Virus record (IMG/VR): IMGVR_UViG_3300046791_000499
Span: 1-64,000 of that record
Source: a virus
Length of the DNA stretch: 64,000 nucleotides
Strand: one strand, 5' to 3'
The notes below the pieces were generated by a model. It ran no database searches, was not told where the DNA came from, and worked only from the letters and a program-made list of their open reading frames with translations. Of this stretch, positions 1 through 9,060 are shown piece after piece. Position 1 is the stretch's first letter. Each line of letters begins with the position of its first letter. Made by a program: the position numbers and the translations under genes.

Positions 1-127
1 AAGAACTCGGCTGCCAGCCGGTCGCCGCCCATCTCGTCGACGATGATCCCGATCTCCCAACGGACCTGCTCCTGGTGAGCGTCTCGCTCGGCCCTGTTGC
101 GCAGCCATGACGGCAAGCGCTTGGTCA
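1..127 (+). repeat. 127-bp exact direct repeat, copy 1 (native position inside the minus-strand gene)
   Basis: aagaactcgg...cttggtca is identical to 22862-22988 and diverges at the next base (g vs a). Confidence 0.95.
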
Positions 128-380
128 GTTTCGGGCGTCCGTCTGCGTGGGCTCCCGCGTAGAGCCGGTCGCACTTGTCTGGCAGATCGAGGTCGGCCTT
201 GGGCATGGGCACCACGATGGCTACCGGCGTCGAGATCGAGTGCGATGGGTAGGCGACGGACAGTTGCTCAGGCTCATCGATGATGGCCACCGGTTCCGAG
301 GGGCTGCATCCGGCGCATGCCTGCGACACCGCGATGGCCACGAGTAGTCCGACGGCGATCTTCGTGGCAAACCGATCCAT
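1..380 (-). CDS. Secreted/lipoprotein-like hypothetical protein, runs off the window start
   Basis: Manual translation from ATG at 380: MDRFATKIAVGLLVAIAVSQACAGCSPSEP...TKRLPSWLRNRAERDAHQEQVRWEIGIIVDEMGGDRLAAEF; hydrophobic signal followed by Cys; open to base 1. Confidence 0.6.
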   Translation of the reverse strand, partial: MDRFATKIAVGLLVAIAVSQACAGCSPSEPVAIIDEPEQLSVAYPSHSISTPVAIVVPMPKADLDLPDKCDRLYAGAHADGRPKLTKRLPSWLRNRAERDAHQEQVRWEIGIIVDEMGGDRLAAEF

Positions 381-391
381 GGATGGCGATC

Positions 392-688
392 CTAACATGG
401 CTGTGCCGAGTGCCTTTCGATGACGGCAAGCAGGGCCTCGCGGGATTCTTCCCTCACGAGCCACGCCGGCAGGCTGCTATTCCAGCTTCGGTTCTCCGCT
501 GGGATCTCGGCTTTGAGATCCGCTTTGAATGCCTCGTCGAACGGGCCGATCACGACCAGCCCTCCCGGCGATCGTCGAGACGGCGTTACTTTCCAGGTCT
601 GGCGCGTGTCCATCGACGCCCCTACCGCTGCCACCCTCGCCATCTTCCCGATAGACGAAGCGCTCAGCCGGCAGTTGTCCGCCACCAT
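392..688 (-). CDS. Small phage hypothetical protein
   Basis: ORF with PFDEAFKADLKAEIP..RSWN...WLV, typical of small phage proteins; start uncertain. Confidence 0.5.
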   Translation of the reverse strand: MVADNCRLSASSIGKMARVAAVGASMDTRQTWKVTPSRRSPGGLVVIGPFDEAFKADLKAEIPAENRSWNSSLPAWLVREESREALLAVIERHSAQPC

Positions 689-760
689 GCCGAGCGCCCC
701 GGGTCCATCGGATGATGGTCCGAGGTCAACTTACCAGAGTTCGTCGACTCGAACAGGTGA

Positions 761-934
761 TCACGGGATCGAGAGCACCGCGAAGGCGATCGCCCCGGCG
801 ACGAGCACGGCCATGATCGCTGCGGGAAACCGCTCTCTGGTAGAGAGCGGAACCCTTGCGACCGGCGTGGCCAGGATCGCCCACGCGAGAGCCGTGGCGA
901 GCAGGAGCACGAGCGCGCTGACGATCCACTTCAT
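761..934 (-). CDS. Small two-TM membrane protein
   Basis: MKWIVSALVLLLATALAWAIL...AAIMAVLVAGAIAFAVLSIP; preceded by a GCAAT-N17-GGTTCC promoter variant. Confidence 0.55.
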   Translation of the reverse strand: MKWIVSALVLLLATALAWAILATPVARVPLSTRERFPAAIMAVLVAGAIAFAVLSIP

Positions 935-1215
935 GCTGCGGGAACCGCAGCGGAGCCGGGTGCATTGCCTGCGTGGGAATGCCGGTCCGAACGCTGGGGT
1001 CGAGCCCGTCATGCGCCGAGGTCCGCCATGAGGTTCGAGTACGAGTCGTCAACCAAATCAGCCAACGCCCGACCTGATCCAGCCACGATCGCGGCGATGC
1101 AGGAACTTGACGGAATCGGGTCCATCGCCGAACTCATGCGTGCCAAGGGCTATCTCTCGGCGGCCGAGGCCCATCGTCTCTCTGGCGATGACCGACCGCC
1201 GCGGAGGCGAGCATC

Positions 1216-1572
1216 ATGGTGAGCGACACCTACGTCCACATCCAGGTTGATGACGACTCCGACTTCGCGCGGATCAAGGCCGTGCTCGAGGCCGTTGGCT
1301 ATACGGTGATCCGCGAGTTCACGGACAGCAAGTCTGCGCTGGCTCGGGCAGTGACTCGGCTCGCGCAGCAGCACGCGCTCACGCCGAACGAGCAGAGCGT
1401 GCTCAAGCTCGTGTTCGACGGCGAGGCGAACGACCAGATCAGCAAGACGCTCGGGCTGACCCGCGCGACCGTGAAGTGGCACATGCACAACATCTTCGCC
1501 AAGACCGACACGGCGACGCGCGAGGACTTGCTCCGGCTCGCGCTGCGGCTGCCGAGGCCAGCGACTGAGTGA
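1216..1572 (+). CDS. LuxR-family HTH transcriptional regulator
   Basis: LTPNEQSVLKLVFDGEANDQISKTLGLTRATVKWHMHNIFAK matches the LuxR C-terminal HTH. Confidence 0.85.
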   Translation: MVSDTYVHIQVDDDSDFARIKAVLEAVGYTVIREFTDSKSALARAVTRLAQQHALTPNEQSVLKLVFDGEANDQISKTLGLTRATVKWHMHNIFAKTDTATREDLLRLALRLPRPATE

Positions 1573-1636
1573 CCCAGACAGCCCGGATATCGAAGGCGGA
1601 GGCCAGCGCACGACCGCGCCAGCCTCCGAGGATCCG

Positions 1637-2812
1637 CTAGTCGGAGAGGTCGCCGTCGAACTCGATCGACACCGCGAACGTCGTGGTCGTGCTGTCGGCG
1701 TGTTCGACAACGAGCGTGAGTTCGCCTCCGGCCAGCAACTCGAGGCCATCGGTCCGCGGCATTCGGAGACGATCGCCATCGGTCAACCCGAGCCAATCGC
1801 AGAGCGCATCGGGCCCGCAGTAGGTGAGTTCACCCATCCCGATGTCGAACCGCTGGTCGTCGTTCCAGGCGGCCGGCACGAGCGAGAGCAGGAACGATGG
1901 GGTGATCCGAACACCGACCACGCCGCGCGGGCGCGCCGTCACCTCGATTCCTTCCTCCCAGGCGGAGAGGCCATAGACGATCGGGCCCTCGGGCGCGACG
2001 CCGTTGGCATCGCCTTCACCGAGATCCCACGTACAGATCGTCGGCTTCGGGATCGACAGCAAGCCGCCACTTCCGCGCCATCCAGCTTCACAGACGGCGC
2101 CCGGCTGGCATTGATCGTCGTCGCCATCGGGACACTTGCATGTCCAGTTGTTGCCCGGGAAGTGCGACCACGGGTCGTCCGCCATCCAGATCTGCACGTG
2201 GCCTTCGGCGCAATGCCAGTCCGCGGGGGCGACGTCGTTCGGGTTGCACGTCACGTCGTCGTCGAACTTGGAGAACGGATCCTCGCCCTCGTTTCGCCAC
2301 GCGCCCATGAGCGCAGGACTCGACGCGCTTTGACACGTCGGCCATGTGTCCTCGCCCGATATCTGGTCAACCCCGCCCTCGAGGTCGCAGGCCACACAGC
2401 GGTTGTCCATCCAGTCGAAGGCCGGCGAACCATTCCAGTTCAGGCCACAAGCGTAGTACGGGTACTCGTACTCGCTGTCGAGAAACTGACCGTTGGCTCC
2501 GCACGCTGACTCGTCGCGTTCGATTTCAACGAGCCCGCCAGGCGTGGCGATGTTGTCCTTCACGCTCTGCCATGAAATCCCGTCGAACGCGTAGCGGTGA
2601 TCTTCCGCTGCAACGGTGACCAGGATGCCGGGGTCATCGCCTGACTCGCCCCCTTCATCGGGGCACGGCGACATGTTGCATTGCTGGCAGTTGGCCGCGA
2701 CCTTGGGATCCTGCTGCAACGGGTTGTTTTGACCGCATGGATCAATCGGGTTGGACAAGAAACACCCGCCGGTGAGGGCGGCTGCGAGGATAGGGACGAT
2801 GCGTTTTTGCAT
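1637..2812 (-). CDS. Cys-rich acidic lipoprotein
   Basis: MQKRIVPILAAALTGGC lipobox; many Cys/Asp/Gly residues, resembling myxobacterial surface lipoproteins. Confidence 0.7.
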   Translation of the reverse strand: MQKRIVPILAAALTGGCFLSNPIDPCGQNNPLQQDPKVAANCQQCNMSPCPDEGGESGDDPGILVTVAAEDHRYAFDGISWQSVKDNIATPGGLVEIERDESACGANGQFLDSEYEYPYYACGLNWNGSPAFDWMDNRCVACDLEGGVDQISGEDTWPTCQSASSPALMGAWRNEGEDPFSKFDDDVTCNPNDVAPADWHCAEGHVQIWMADDPWSHFPGNNWTCKCPDGDDDQCQPGAVCEAGWRGSGGLLSIPKPTICTWDLGEGDANGVAPEGPIVYGLSAWEEGIEVTARPRGVVGVRITPSFLLSLVPAAWNDDQRFDIGMGELTYCGPDALCDWLGLTDGDRLRMPRTDGLELLAGGELTLVVEHADSTTTTFAVSIEFDGDLSD

Positions 2813-2885
2813 GCTCGAACTGTGATCGGGTGGCATGCGTGGATCGGCACCCATGCGTGCGGACCGTCACGCTGCCATGATGCCG

Positions 2886-2913
2886 GGAATGAGCTGATGC
2901 CCGGCCCGGTCAT
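2886..2913 (+). promoter_or_regulatory. GGAAT-N17-GGTCAT promoter-like motif upstream of folE2 (representative of >20 copies)
   Basis: ggaat gagctgatgcccggccc ggtcat cctccc GTG; same spacing recurs at many intergenic sites. Confidence 0.75.
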
Positions 2914-2919
2914 CCTCCC

Positions 2920-3663
2920 GTGATCGAAGACGTCCAAGCTACCCGCGATGACCGTGAGATCCCCCTCGACCGCGCTGGGGTCTCTGGCCTCCGTCACCCG
3001 ATCACCGTGCTCGACTGGGCCTCGGGCCTGACCCAAGACACCGTTGGCGTGTTCACGGTGTCGGTGTCGCTTCCGTGCGAGCAAAAAGGCACGCACATGA
3101 GCCGCTTCGTCGAGGTGCTCAACGATCACCACGGCGAGGTCACCATGCGGACGATCCCGGTGATCCTGCACGATCTGCGCAAGCGGCTGTACGCAAACCG
3201 CGTGGCACTCGAAGTGACGTTCCCCTACTTCATGGATCGCATCGCCCCGGTCAGCGGCGCGGCGGCGCTCATGGACTACGAGACCACGTTCACCGGTGCG
3301 ACGGACGGGACCTGCGATGACTTCGTGCTACGCGTGAAGGTCCCGGTCACGAGCTTGTGCCCGTGCAGCAAGGCCATCTCCGAGCGTGGCGCCCACAATC
3401 AGCGCGGCTACATCGCCATCTCGGTCCGCTCGGTCGTCACGCTTCCGCCCGTCAACCCGGCGCTGATCTGGATCGAGGAACTCGTGGAGTACGCCGAGCG
3501 ATCCGCCTCGGCTCCCGTCTACCCGCTGCTCAAGCGCGTCGACGAGAAGTTCGTCACCGAGCAGGCGTACGACAACCCCGTCTTCGTCGAGGACATGGTG
3601 CGCAACACCGCTCGGCGATTGATGGATGATCCGCGCGTTGCCTGGTTCGAGGTCCACGCCGAG
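2920..3663 (+). CDS. folE2: GTP cyclohydrolase FolE2 (type IB), N-terminal 248 codons; C-terminus displaced to 22779-22862
   Basis: KGTHMSRF, SLCPCSK, GAHNQR, LLKRVDEKFVTEQAYDNPVFVEDMVR; conserved ESIHNH tail absent here. Confidence 0.93.
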
Positions 3664-5054
3664 AAGATGACCAACTGCTCCGAGTACTGCGCGCGGTGGA
3701 CTCGGTTCGGCTGCCGTCGACCAGGCTGCATCTGCTCGGCGTCACGAGGCCAGGCAACTACGGCGAGTACGTCGCGCGCGGCGTGGCCTCGATCGACTCG
3801 ACGTCTTCGCTGCGCCGGTCGTGGATGGATCGCAAGGCCAACTACTTCTACGGCGGCACCAGCTATTGCGCGCTTCGGATCCCACCGGCGAATTCGAAGC
3901 GGGTCCACGGGCGCATCGGCTCGGGCGAGATCAACGGCGACTCCGCCCGCGTGCTCGAGGAGGCCGCGCTCGCGGCCGTCGCCGCGTTCGACCGCGAGGA
4001 AATGAGCGCCGCCGAGACGCTCGACGTCTTGCTCGCCTACCAGGCCATCCACAGTCCTGACGATGACCGCCGATCCGACTATGCACGCACGCTGAGCGCC
4101 AAGCCTTGGGCCCGGTGCAAGTGCCGGATCTGCGCGCGGCTCGGACACCACGTGATCCTGCTCCGGGGTGCCGAGCGCAACCGGCTCCGCGGCTTTCACA
4201 ACGTAGGCAGGTTCTACGGATCGATGCTGCGCGAGCTGGGCGAGCCGACCCTCGTGCTCGTCGGCTGCGGCGAGGCCAAGCGCAAAGACGCGGGCCCGGC
4301 CAAGGACATCTACACCGGCTCGCTCTACCGCGCGCACACCAAGTTCGCAAACCGGTACCGCGCGCCGGTTCGGATTTTGTCCGCATTGCACGGCGTGCTC
4401 GATCCCGCCAAGGTGATCGAGCCCTACAACAAGGTCGTGCCGAAGCATGGGCCCGAGCGCAGCGCGTGGGGATCGATGATCACCGAGCAGCTCGCCGAGA
4501 TCGTCGAGCCCGGCTCCACGGTCGTGGCCCTCGCGGGAGAGCGGTACCTCGGGTGGATTGGCGACGCCACCGGGCTCACGGTCGAGCAGCCGCTCGCGGG
4601 GATGACCACCGGCAAGAGGCTCGAGTACGTGGCCGGCCAGCCAGCCGAGGAGGCGCGGCCGGTTCGGTCCGGCGCCCCGATCGCGTGGGACTTCTTTTGG
4701 ACCACGTACCGCAGCAGCCTGCGCGGTGAAGCGATCGCGGAGTACTGGACCCGTAACCCCAGCCACACGGCTCGGCTCGATCTTCCCAGCGACACCCCAC
4801 TTCACGAGGCGATCGCAGCCGCGCGCGATGCCGGCCTGTTCGGCAAGGGCTCTCCGCGAACCGGGGTGTTCGAGATCCAGAACGACCTCGGGATCTACTG
4901 GGCCCCGGCCGGGTTCCTCAACATCGGGCTCGCACGGCCTGACCGGGTTCGGTTCATCTCCTGGGATGACGCCGAGCAGGCCGAGGGCAGGGGCGAAGAT
5001 CATCTCTCCAACCCGGGCCTCGGCGTCACGGTGGCGGAGATGGTTGCAGCATGA
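3664..5054 (+). CDS. dpdA: DpdA (DNA 7-deazaguanine transglycosylase, TGT-like) C-terminal half fused to a DUF6884-like domain; N-terminal half displaced to 22988-23582
   Basis: (K)DDQLLRVLRAVDSVR..LHLLGVTR..SIDSTS..CKCRIC..RGAERNRLRGFHN, then LVGCGEAK..AKDIYTGSLY..ILSALHG. Confidence 0.88.
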
Positions 5055-5593
5055 GTTGGTGCTGGTGCCGATACTGCCAGGCAGGCGTGGTTCCGGGCCC
5101 GCTTTGGAAGTGCTCGGAATGCGGCTGCGATCTGGCCGAGACCCACACGGACATCGACGATCTCGAGGTTCCCGATCTCCCTCGAGCGCCGGCCGACTCC
5201 GCATCGATCCGCCACCGCCGGACCCAGAATCCGGTTCGACCTTTCGAGCAGCGGCCACGGCCAGCCACGAACGTGAGCTGTGATCTCCGAGTGCCTGGCG
5301 CTCGCGAAGCTCACCGATGCGCCTCCGCTGCTCGATCGACTTGTCCTTCGCGCGGATCTGCTCGGTGGATAGAGGCCACCCGATTGCGCGCCGAACTGGC
5401 CGGCCTCGCAGGTTCCACCGCCAGAGCCGGAGCAGCCAGCCCAGCCGAACCCATGTCGAACGCGGCCTCCGTTCAACTCGTCTCGCTGCTATCCGCGAAA
5501 CTCCGCGCCCGTAGCATAACGGTGGGGCGCCTGGACGCCACGGATACCGGCGAAGATCCGCCGGCACCCGCCCCACGCGAGCGGTTGGACTGA
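5051..5593 (+). CDS. Hypothetical protein with N-terminal Zn ribbon
   Basis: CRYC...CSEC; ATGA overlap with dpdA. Confidence 0.5.
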   Translation: MSWCWCRYCQAGVVPGPLWKCSECGCDLAETHTDIDDLEVPDLPRAPADSASIRHRRTQNPVRPFEQRPRPATNVSCDLRVPGAREAHRCASAARSTCPSRGSARWIEATRLRAELAGLAGSTARAGAASPAEPMSNAASVQLVSLLSAKLRARSITVGRLDATDTGEDPPAPAPRERLD

Positions 5594-5629
5594 CGGGAAT
5601 CTCGGGCTCGCCAGCGAGGTAGGCCAACC

Positions 5630-5905
5630 ATGTCCATCGAAGATGTTCGCACGCGGCTCTCCAGGCGTGCTCCCGAAGACGGCGCGGCCCTGCTCATGCA
5701 CCACGCCACCAACATGATCCACGAGAGCAGCCGCTTGATCGGTGTCGCGCTTGCCCGCGAATCCGGCCATGTCTTCAACCGTGACCGGGTCTACGAGGCT
5801 GGCAGTCGCGAGGCCAAGTTGATGGCGCTGCAGGTCAAGGCCCGAGAGGTCGAGCAGGCTGCCGACGAACTCCAAGGCTTGCTCTCACCACAGGATGACG
5901 ACTAG
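5630..5905 (+). CDS. Hypothetical protein
   Basis: ORF directly downstream of a GGAAT-N17-GGTAGG motif. Confidence 0.6.
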   Translation: MSIEDVRTRLSRRAPEDGAALLMHHATNMIHESSRLIGVALARESGHVFNRDRVYEAGSREAKLMALQVKAREVEQAADELQGLLSPQDDD

Positions 5906-5907
5906 CC

Positions 5908-6732
5908 ATGGACACCAAAGACAGCGACGCAGACTCCGCCCTATGCCACCAACGCATCGGTCGTTCCCTCCGGCAGATGGACCAGCGCGACAAACTCGGA
6001 TGGCTGCTGACCGAGCAGGCCAATGTCGCCGTGCTCCGAAAGGCGTTGCACGATCTCATCCATGATGACTCCGGCCGGATCAGCAACGATGAGCACGCCC
6101 GCGCTCTCGCTATCTCGGCGACTCTCCAGCGTGCGACCGATTCGGCCGAGAAGATCGTTGTGTTCGGCGGCACCTTCGACCCACCGCACAACGGTCACAT
6201 CGCGTCCGTCGATGCCCTTCGCGCTATCGGTCATCGCGTCGTGGTTGTCACGAGCGCCGGCCATGAGGGCAAGCCTGGCAGCGCCGCGACCTATCAATGG
6301 CGAAAGCATCTCGCCGGGCTTGCCTTCGGCGACTGCCACGATCCGATCGAGGATCACATTGATGTATCCGATCCGCGACGCGCCTTGCTCGTGCTACGTC
6401 GTGTCCGTCAGCAGAACCCACACGCCGAGATCCTCTTCGCCGTCGGGCCCGACATCGACCCAAGGGCTTGGACCGGGTACGAACAGATCATCGGCGACGG
6501 CTTCGACTTCCTGGTCGTGCCCGAGTACGGCACTGGATTGCACAGCACGAACGTCCGCGAGCATGTCGCCACCGGCAACTTCGACGCGCTGACGGGCATG
6601 GTCCCGCCAGCCGTGGTCGAGGCCATGGCCGCGTTGCACGACCAGCCGTTTGCGCACGTGCCGTCCTTCTCGGTGATCGAGCCGGCTCAGCGCCGCGCCG
6701 GCTGGACCGACCATGGGATCGAGTGGCCGTGA
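5908..6732 (+). CDS. NadD-like nucleotidyltransferase (HxGH family) with N-terminal extension
   Basis: VVFGGTFDPPHNGH, FAVGPD, LHSTNVR, MVPPAV. Confidence 0.85.
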   Translation: MDTKDSDADSALCHQRIGRSLRQMDQRDKLGWLLTEQANVAVLRKALHDLIHDDSGRISNDEHARALAISATLQRATDSAEKIVVFGGTFDPPHNGHIASVDALRAIGHRVVVVTSAGHEGKPGSAATYQWRKHLAGLAFGDCHDPIEDHIDVSDPRRALLVLRRVRQQNPHAEILFAVGPDIDPRAWTGYEQIIGDGFDFLVVPEYGTGLHSTNVREHVATGNFDALTGMVPPAVVEAMAALHDQPFAHVPSFSVIEPAQRRAGWTDHGIEWP

Positions 6733-7320
6733 CCGAGCGCCGCATCTCGCAGATGGCTCCGCTCGAGGCAGCCATACGCCCCGAGGTCACGCCGCGAGCC
6801 CAGTACACGGGGTTCCCTGGCATGCTCACCATGCGAGCGGTGGTGAACAACCGCGAGCGCGGCCGCTGGTCCCTCAGCGTCGACACGGCTGCCCCGATCG
6901 CCGACTGGCTCGAGTCGACGGGCCATCCTTCCGCTCCAGAATTCCGCGCAGCCTGGCAACGTGCCTCGCTGCTTCCCGTGAACGAAACACCAGCGAGTGC
7001 AACATGAACATCATGATCGATGAACCCATCCCTCAAACCACCCGCGACGCCTTCGACCCCTACGCCTTCGTCGGCTGGCTCTACACCTGTGTGACCTGGC
7101 AAGACGACGGCCCGCCCGATGAACACGACGGCAGCAGCCCGTGCATCATCGCGCTCGGGGCCACGCAGCTCGGCTGGCGGTTCGATGCCGCCTGCCGCGT
7201 TGGCTGGCGCCTGCTCTTGGAGAACGAAGACGCGGGCCAATGGGCTCGGACGTTCCTCCTCCCGCAGTGCAACAAGTTCATCACCGGGTGTCTGCTCGGC
7301 GAGACGCGGTCGCGGGCCCT

Positions 7321-9060
7321 GTGAAGCTCACCCCGCGTCCGTACCAGATCGAGTCGAAGCGATCGGTCTACCGCGCCTTCAAGGAGGGTGCTCGCCGCGT
7401 GCTGGTCGTCATGCCCACCGGCACCGGCAAGACCGTGACGTTCGCTTCGATCGTCGCTGACGCGGTGGCGCAGGGGAAGCGCGTGGCCATCCTTGCCCAC
7501 CGCGAAGAGTTGCTCGACCAGGCCGCCGAAAAGATCGAGACGCTCGCCGGCATCCCCGTGGCGATCGAACAGGGGACGCGGAAACAGGCAGGCGATGACG
7601 CGCGGGTCGTCATCGCCTGCGTGTTCTCGTTGATCCGTCGGCTCGATCGGTTCCCAGCGGATCGGTTCGATCTCATCATCATCGACGAAGCCCACCGGTC
7701 GCTGGCGAACACGTATCGACAGCTACTTGCACACTTCTCCTCCGCCCGCGTGCTCGGAGTGACCGCGACGCCCAACCGCGGCGATGAACTGGCGCTGGTC
7801 CAGGTCTACTCGATCCTCGCATACGAGATGACGCCAGCAGACGCCGTGCTCAACGGCTGGCTCGTGCCGTATCGGACCGTGACGATCGAACTGCAGTCGC
7901 TCGATCTCACGACCGTGCGGCGGCGCAACGGAGAATTCCTGGCCGGCGAACTCGGGGCGGCCATGTCCGAGATGCGGGCACTACGAGAGGCGGTTGAGCC
8001 CGCGGTCGAACTCGCCGGCCACCTTCGCGCGATCGTGTTCACGTGCACGGTCGCACACATGCACATCGTCGCCGAGACCGTGCGGGCTGTGGCCAACGAG
8101 CGCCGCCTGAGTCTGACGGTGGCCACGGTCGATGGGTCGACCGCGAAGGATGAGCGCCGCCAGATCATGGCCGACTACAAGTCCGGCAAGATCCGCTGGC
8201 TGATCAACGTCGACATCGCGACCGAGGGCTTTGATGCACCCGAGACCGAGGCCATCATCGACATGCAGCCGAACGAGGCCCGCTCGCGGTTCACCCAAAA
8301 GAAAGGCCGCGGCGCTCGACCCCTGCCCGGGGTAGTCGATGGCGTCGATGCAGCCGAGATGGCGGTGCGGCTCGATCTGTTCATGGCCAACGGCCAGATC
8401 CCAACGGAGCCGGACCCTTGGCTGGTCGCGGCCATCATCGGGATCCACCGTGGCGACGATGCAGCAGCACGGAGGATGGCGATCATGATGTCGGCCAAGC
8501 CCGAGTGCCTCGTGCTCGACTTCACCGACAACTCCGGCAAGTTCGATTTGGCCACCGAGATCGACGCCTTGGGCGGGGACTACGAACTTCCGGTCCAGCG
8601 CGAGGCCCAACGACTCCTCGCCGACGGTGGCGCCCGCCACCTGCTCGACGCGCTCGAGCAAGCCCGTGCCGCTCGAGCAGCCAAGATCCGCGAGGCTCGG
8701 GCGAGGCAGGGCGACCCCTTCGCCATGTTCGACATTCCGTTCCGTCAGGAGAAGTACGGCCGGCCACCGACGGAGAAGCACCAGCGCATCGTCGCGCCGC
8801 TCAAGATCCCGATCGCCGAACTCGGGTGGCGCCAGGCCAACGACCTCTGCAACGAGTTGGCGCGGCGCGAGCACGCCGACCTTTCCATGTACGAGCAAGC
8901 CCGGCTTCTTGCGCAGCTCGGCTGCCCGGTCGCGTGGCTTCCAGACATGTCCCGGCGCGAGGCGTCGGAGATGCTGGGTGAACTGGCCAAGGACTACTGG
9001 GTCAGGCCCAAGGACTGGCACGGAATACGCGAGCGGTCCCGTCGGTCGGCTGCTGCATGA
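7321..9060 (+). CDS. Superfamily 2 (DEAH/ResIII-like) DNA helicase
   Basis: LTPRPYQ, MPTGTGKT, IIDEAH, GVTATP, TEGFDAP, QKKGRG; GTG start at 7321. Confidence 0.92.
   Translation: MKLTPRPYQIESKRSVYRAFKEGARRVLVVMPTGTGKTVTFASIVADAVAQGKRVAILAHREELLDQAAEKIETLAGIPVAIEQGTRKQAGDDARVVIACVFSLIRRLDRFPADRFDLIIIDEAHRSLANTYRQLLAHFSSARVLGVTATPNRGDELALVQVYSILAYEMTPADAVLNGWLVPYRTVTIELQSLDLTTVRRRNGEFLAGELGAAMSEMRALREAVEPAVELAGHLRAIVFTCTVAHMHIVAETVRAVANERRLSLTVATVDGSTAKDERRQIMADYKSGKIRWLINVDIATEGFDAPETEAIIDMQPNEARSRFTQKKGRGARPLPGVVDGVDAAEMAVRLDLFMANGQIPTEPDPWLVAAIIGIHRGDDAAARRMAIMMSAKPECLVLDFTDNSGKFDLATEIDALGGDYELPVQREAQRLLADGGARHLLDALEQARAARAAKIREARARQGDPFAMFDIPFRQEKYGRPPTEKHQRIVAPLKIPIAELGWRQANDLCNELARREHADLSMYEQARLLAQLGCPVAWLPDMSRREASEMLGELAKDYWVRPKDWHGIRERSRRSAAA

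Noticed and set aside
2920-4005. The 361-aa ORF as a full-length FolE2, and 21936-22862 / 22958-23713 as whole genes
   Set aside because: Their tails are out-of-frame or chimeric read-through across the rearrangement junctions.
3519-5627. Long antisense or alternative-frame ORFs (e.g. 3519-5627, 13509-15578, 48868-50391, 56753-58429)
   Set aside because: These are shadow ORFs typical of high-GC DNA, overlapping genes that have clear motifs.
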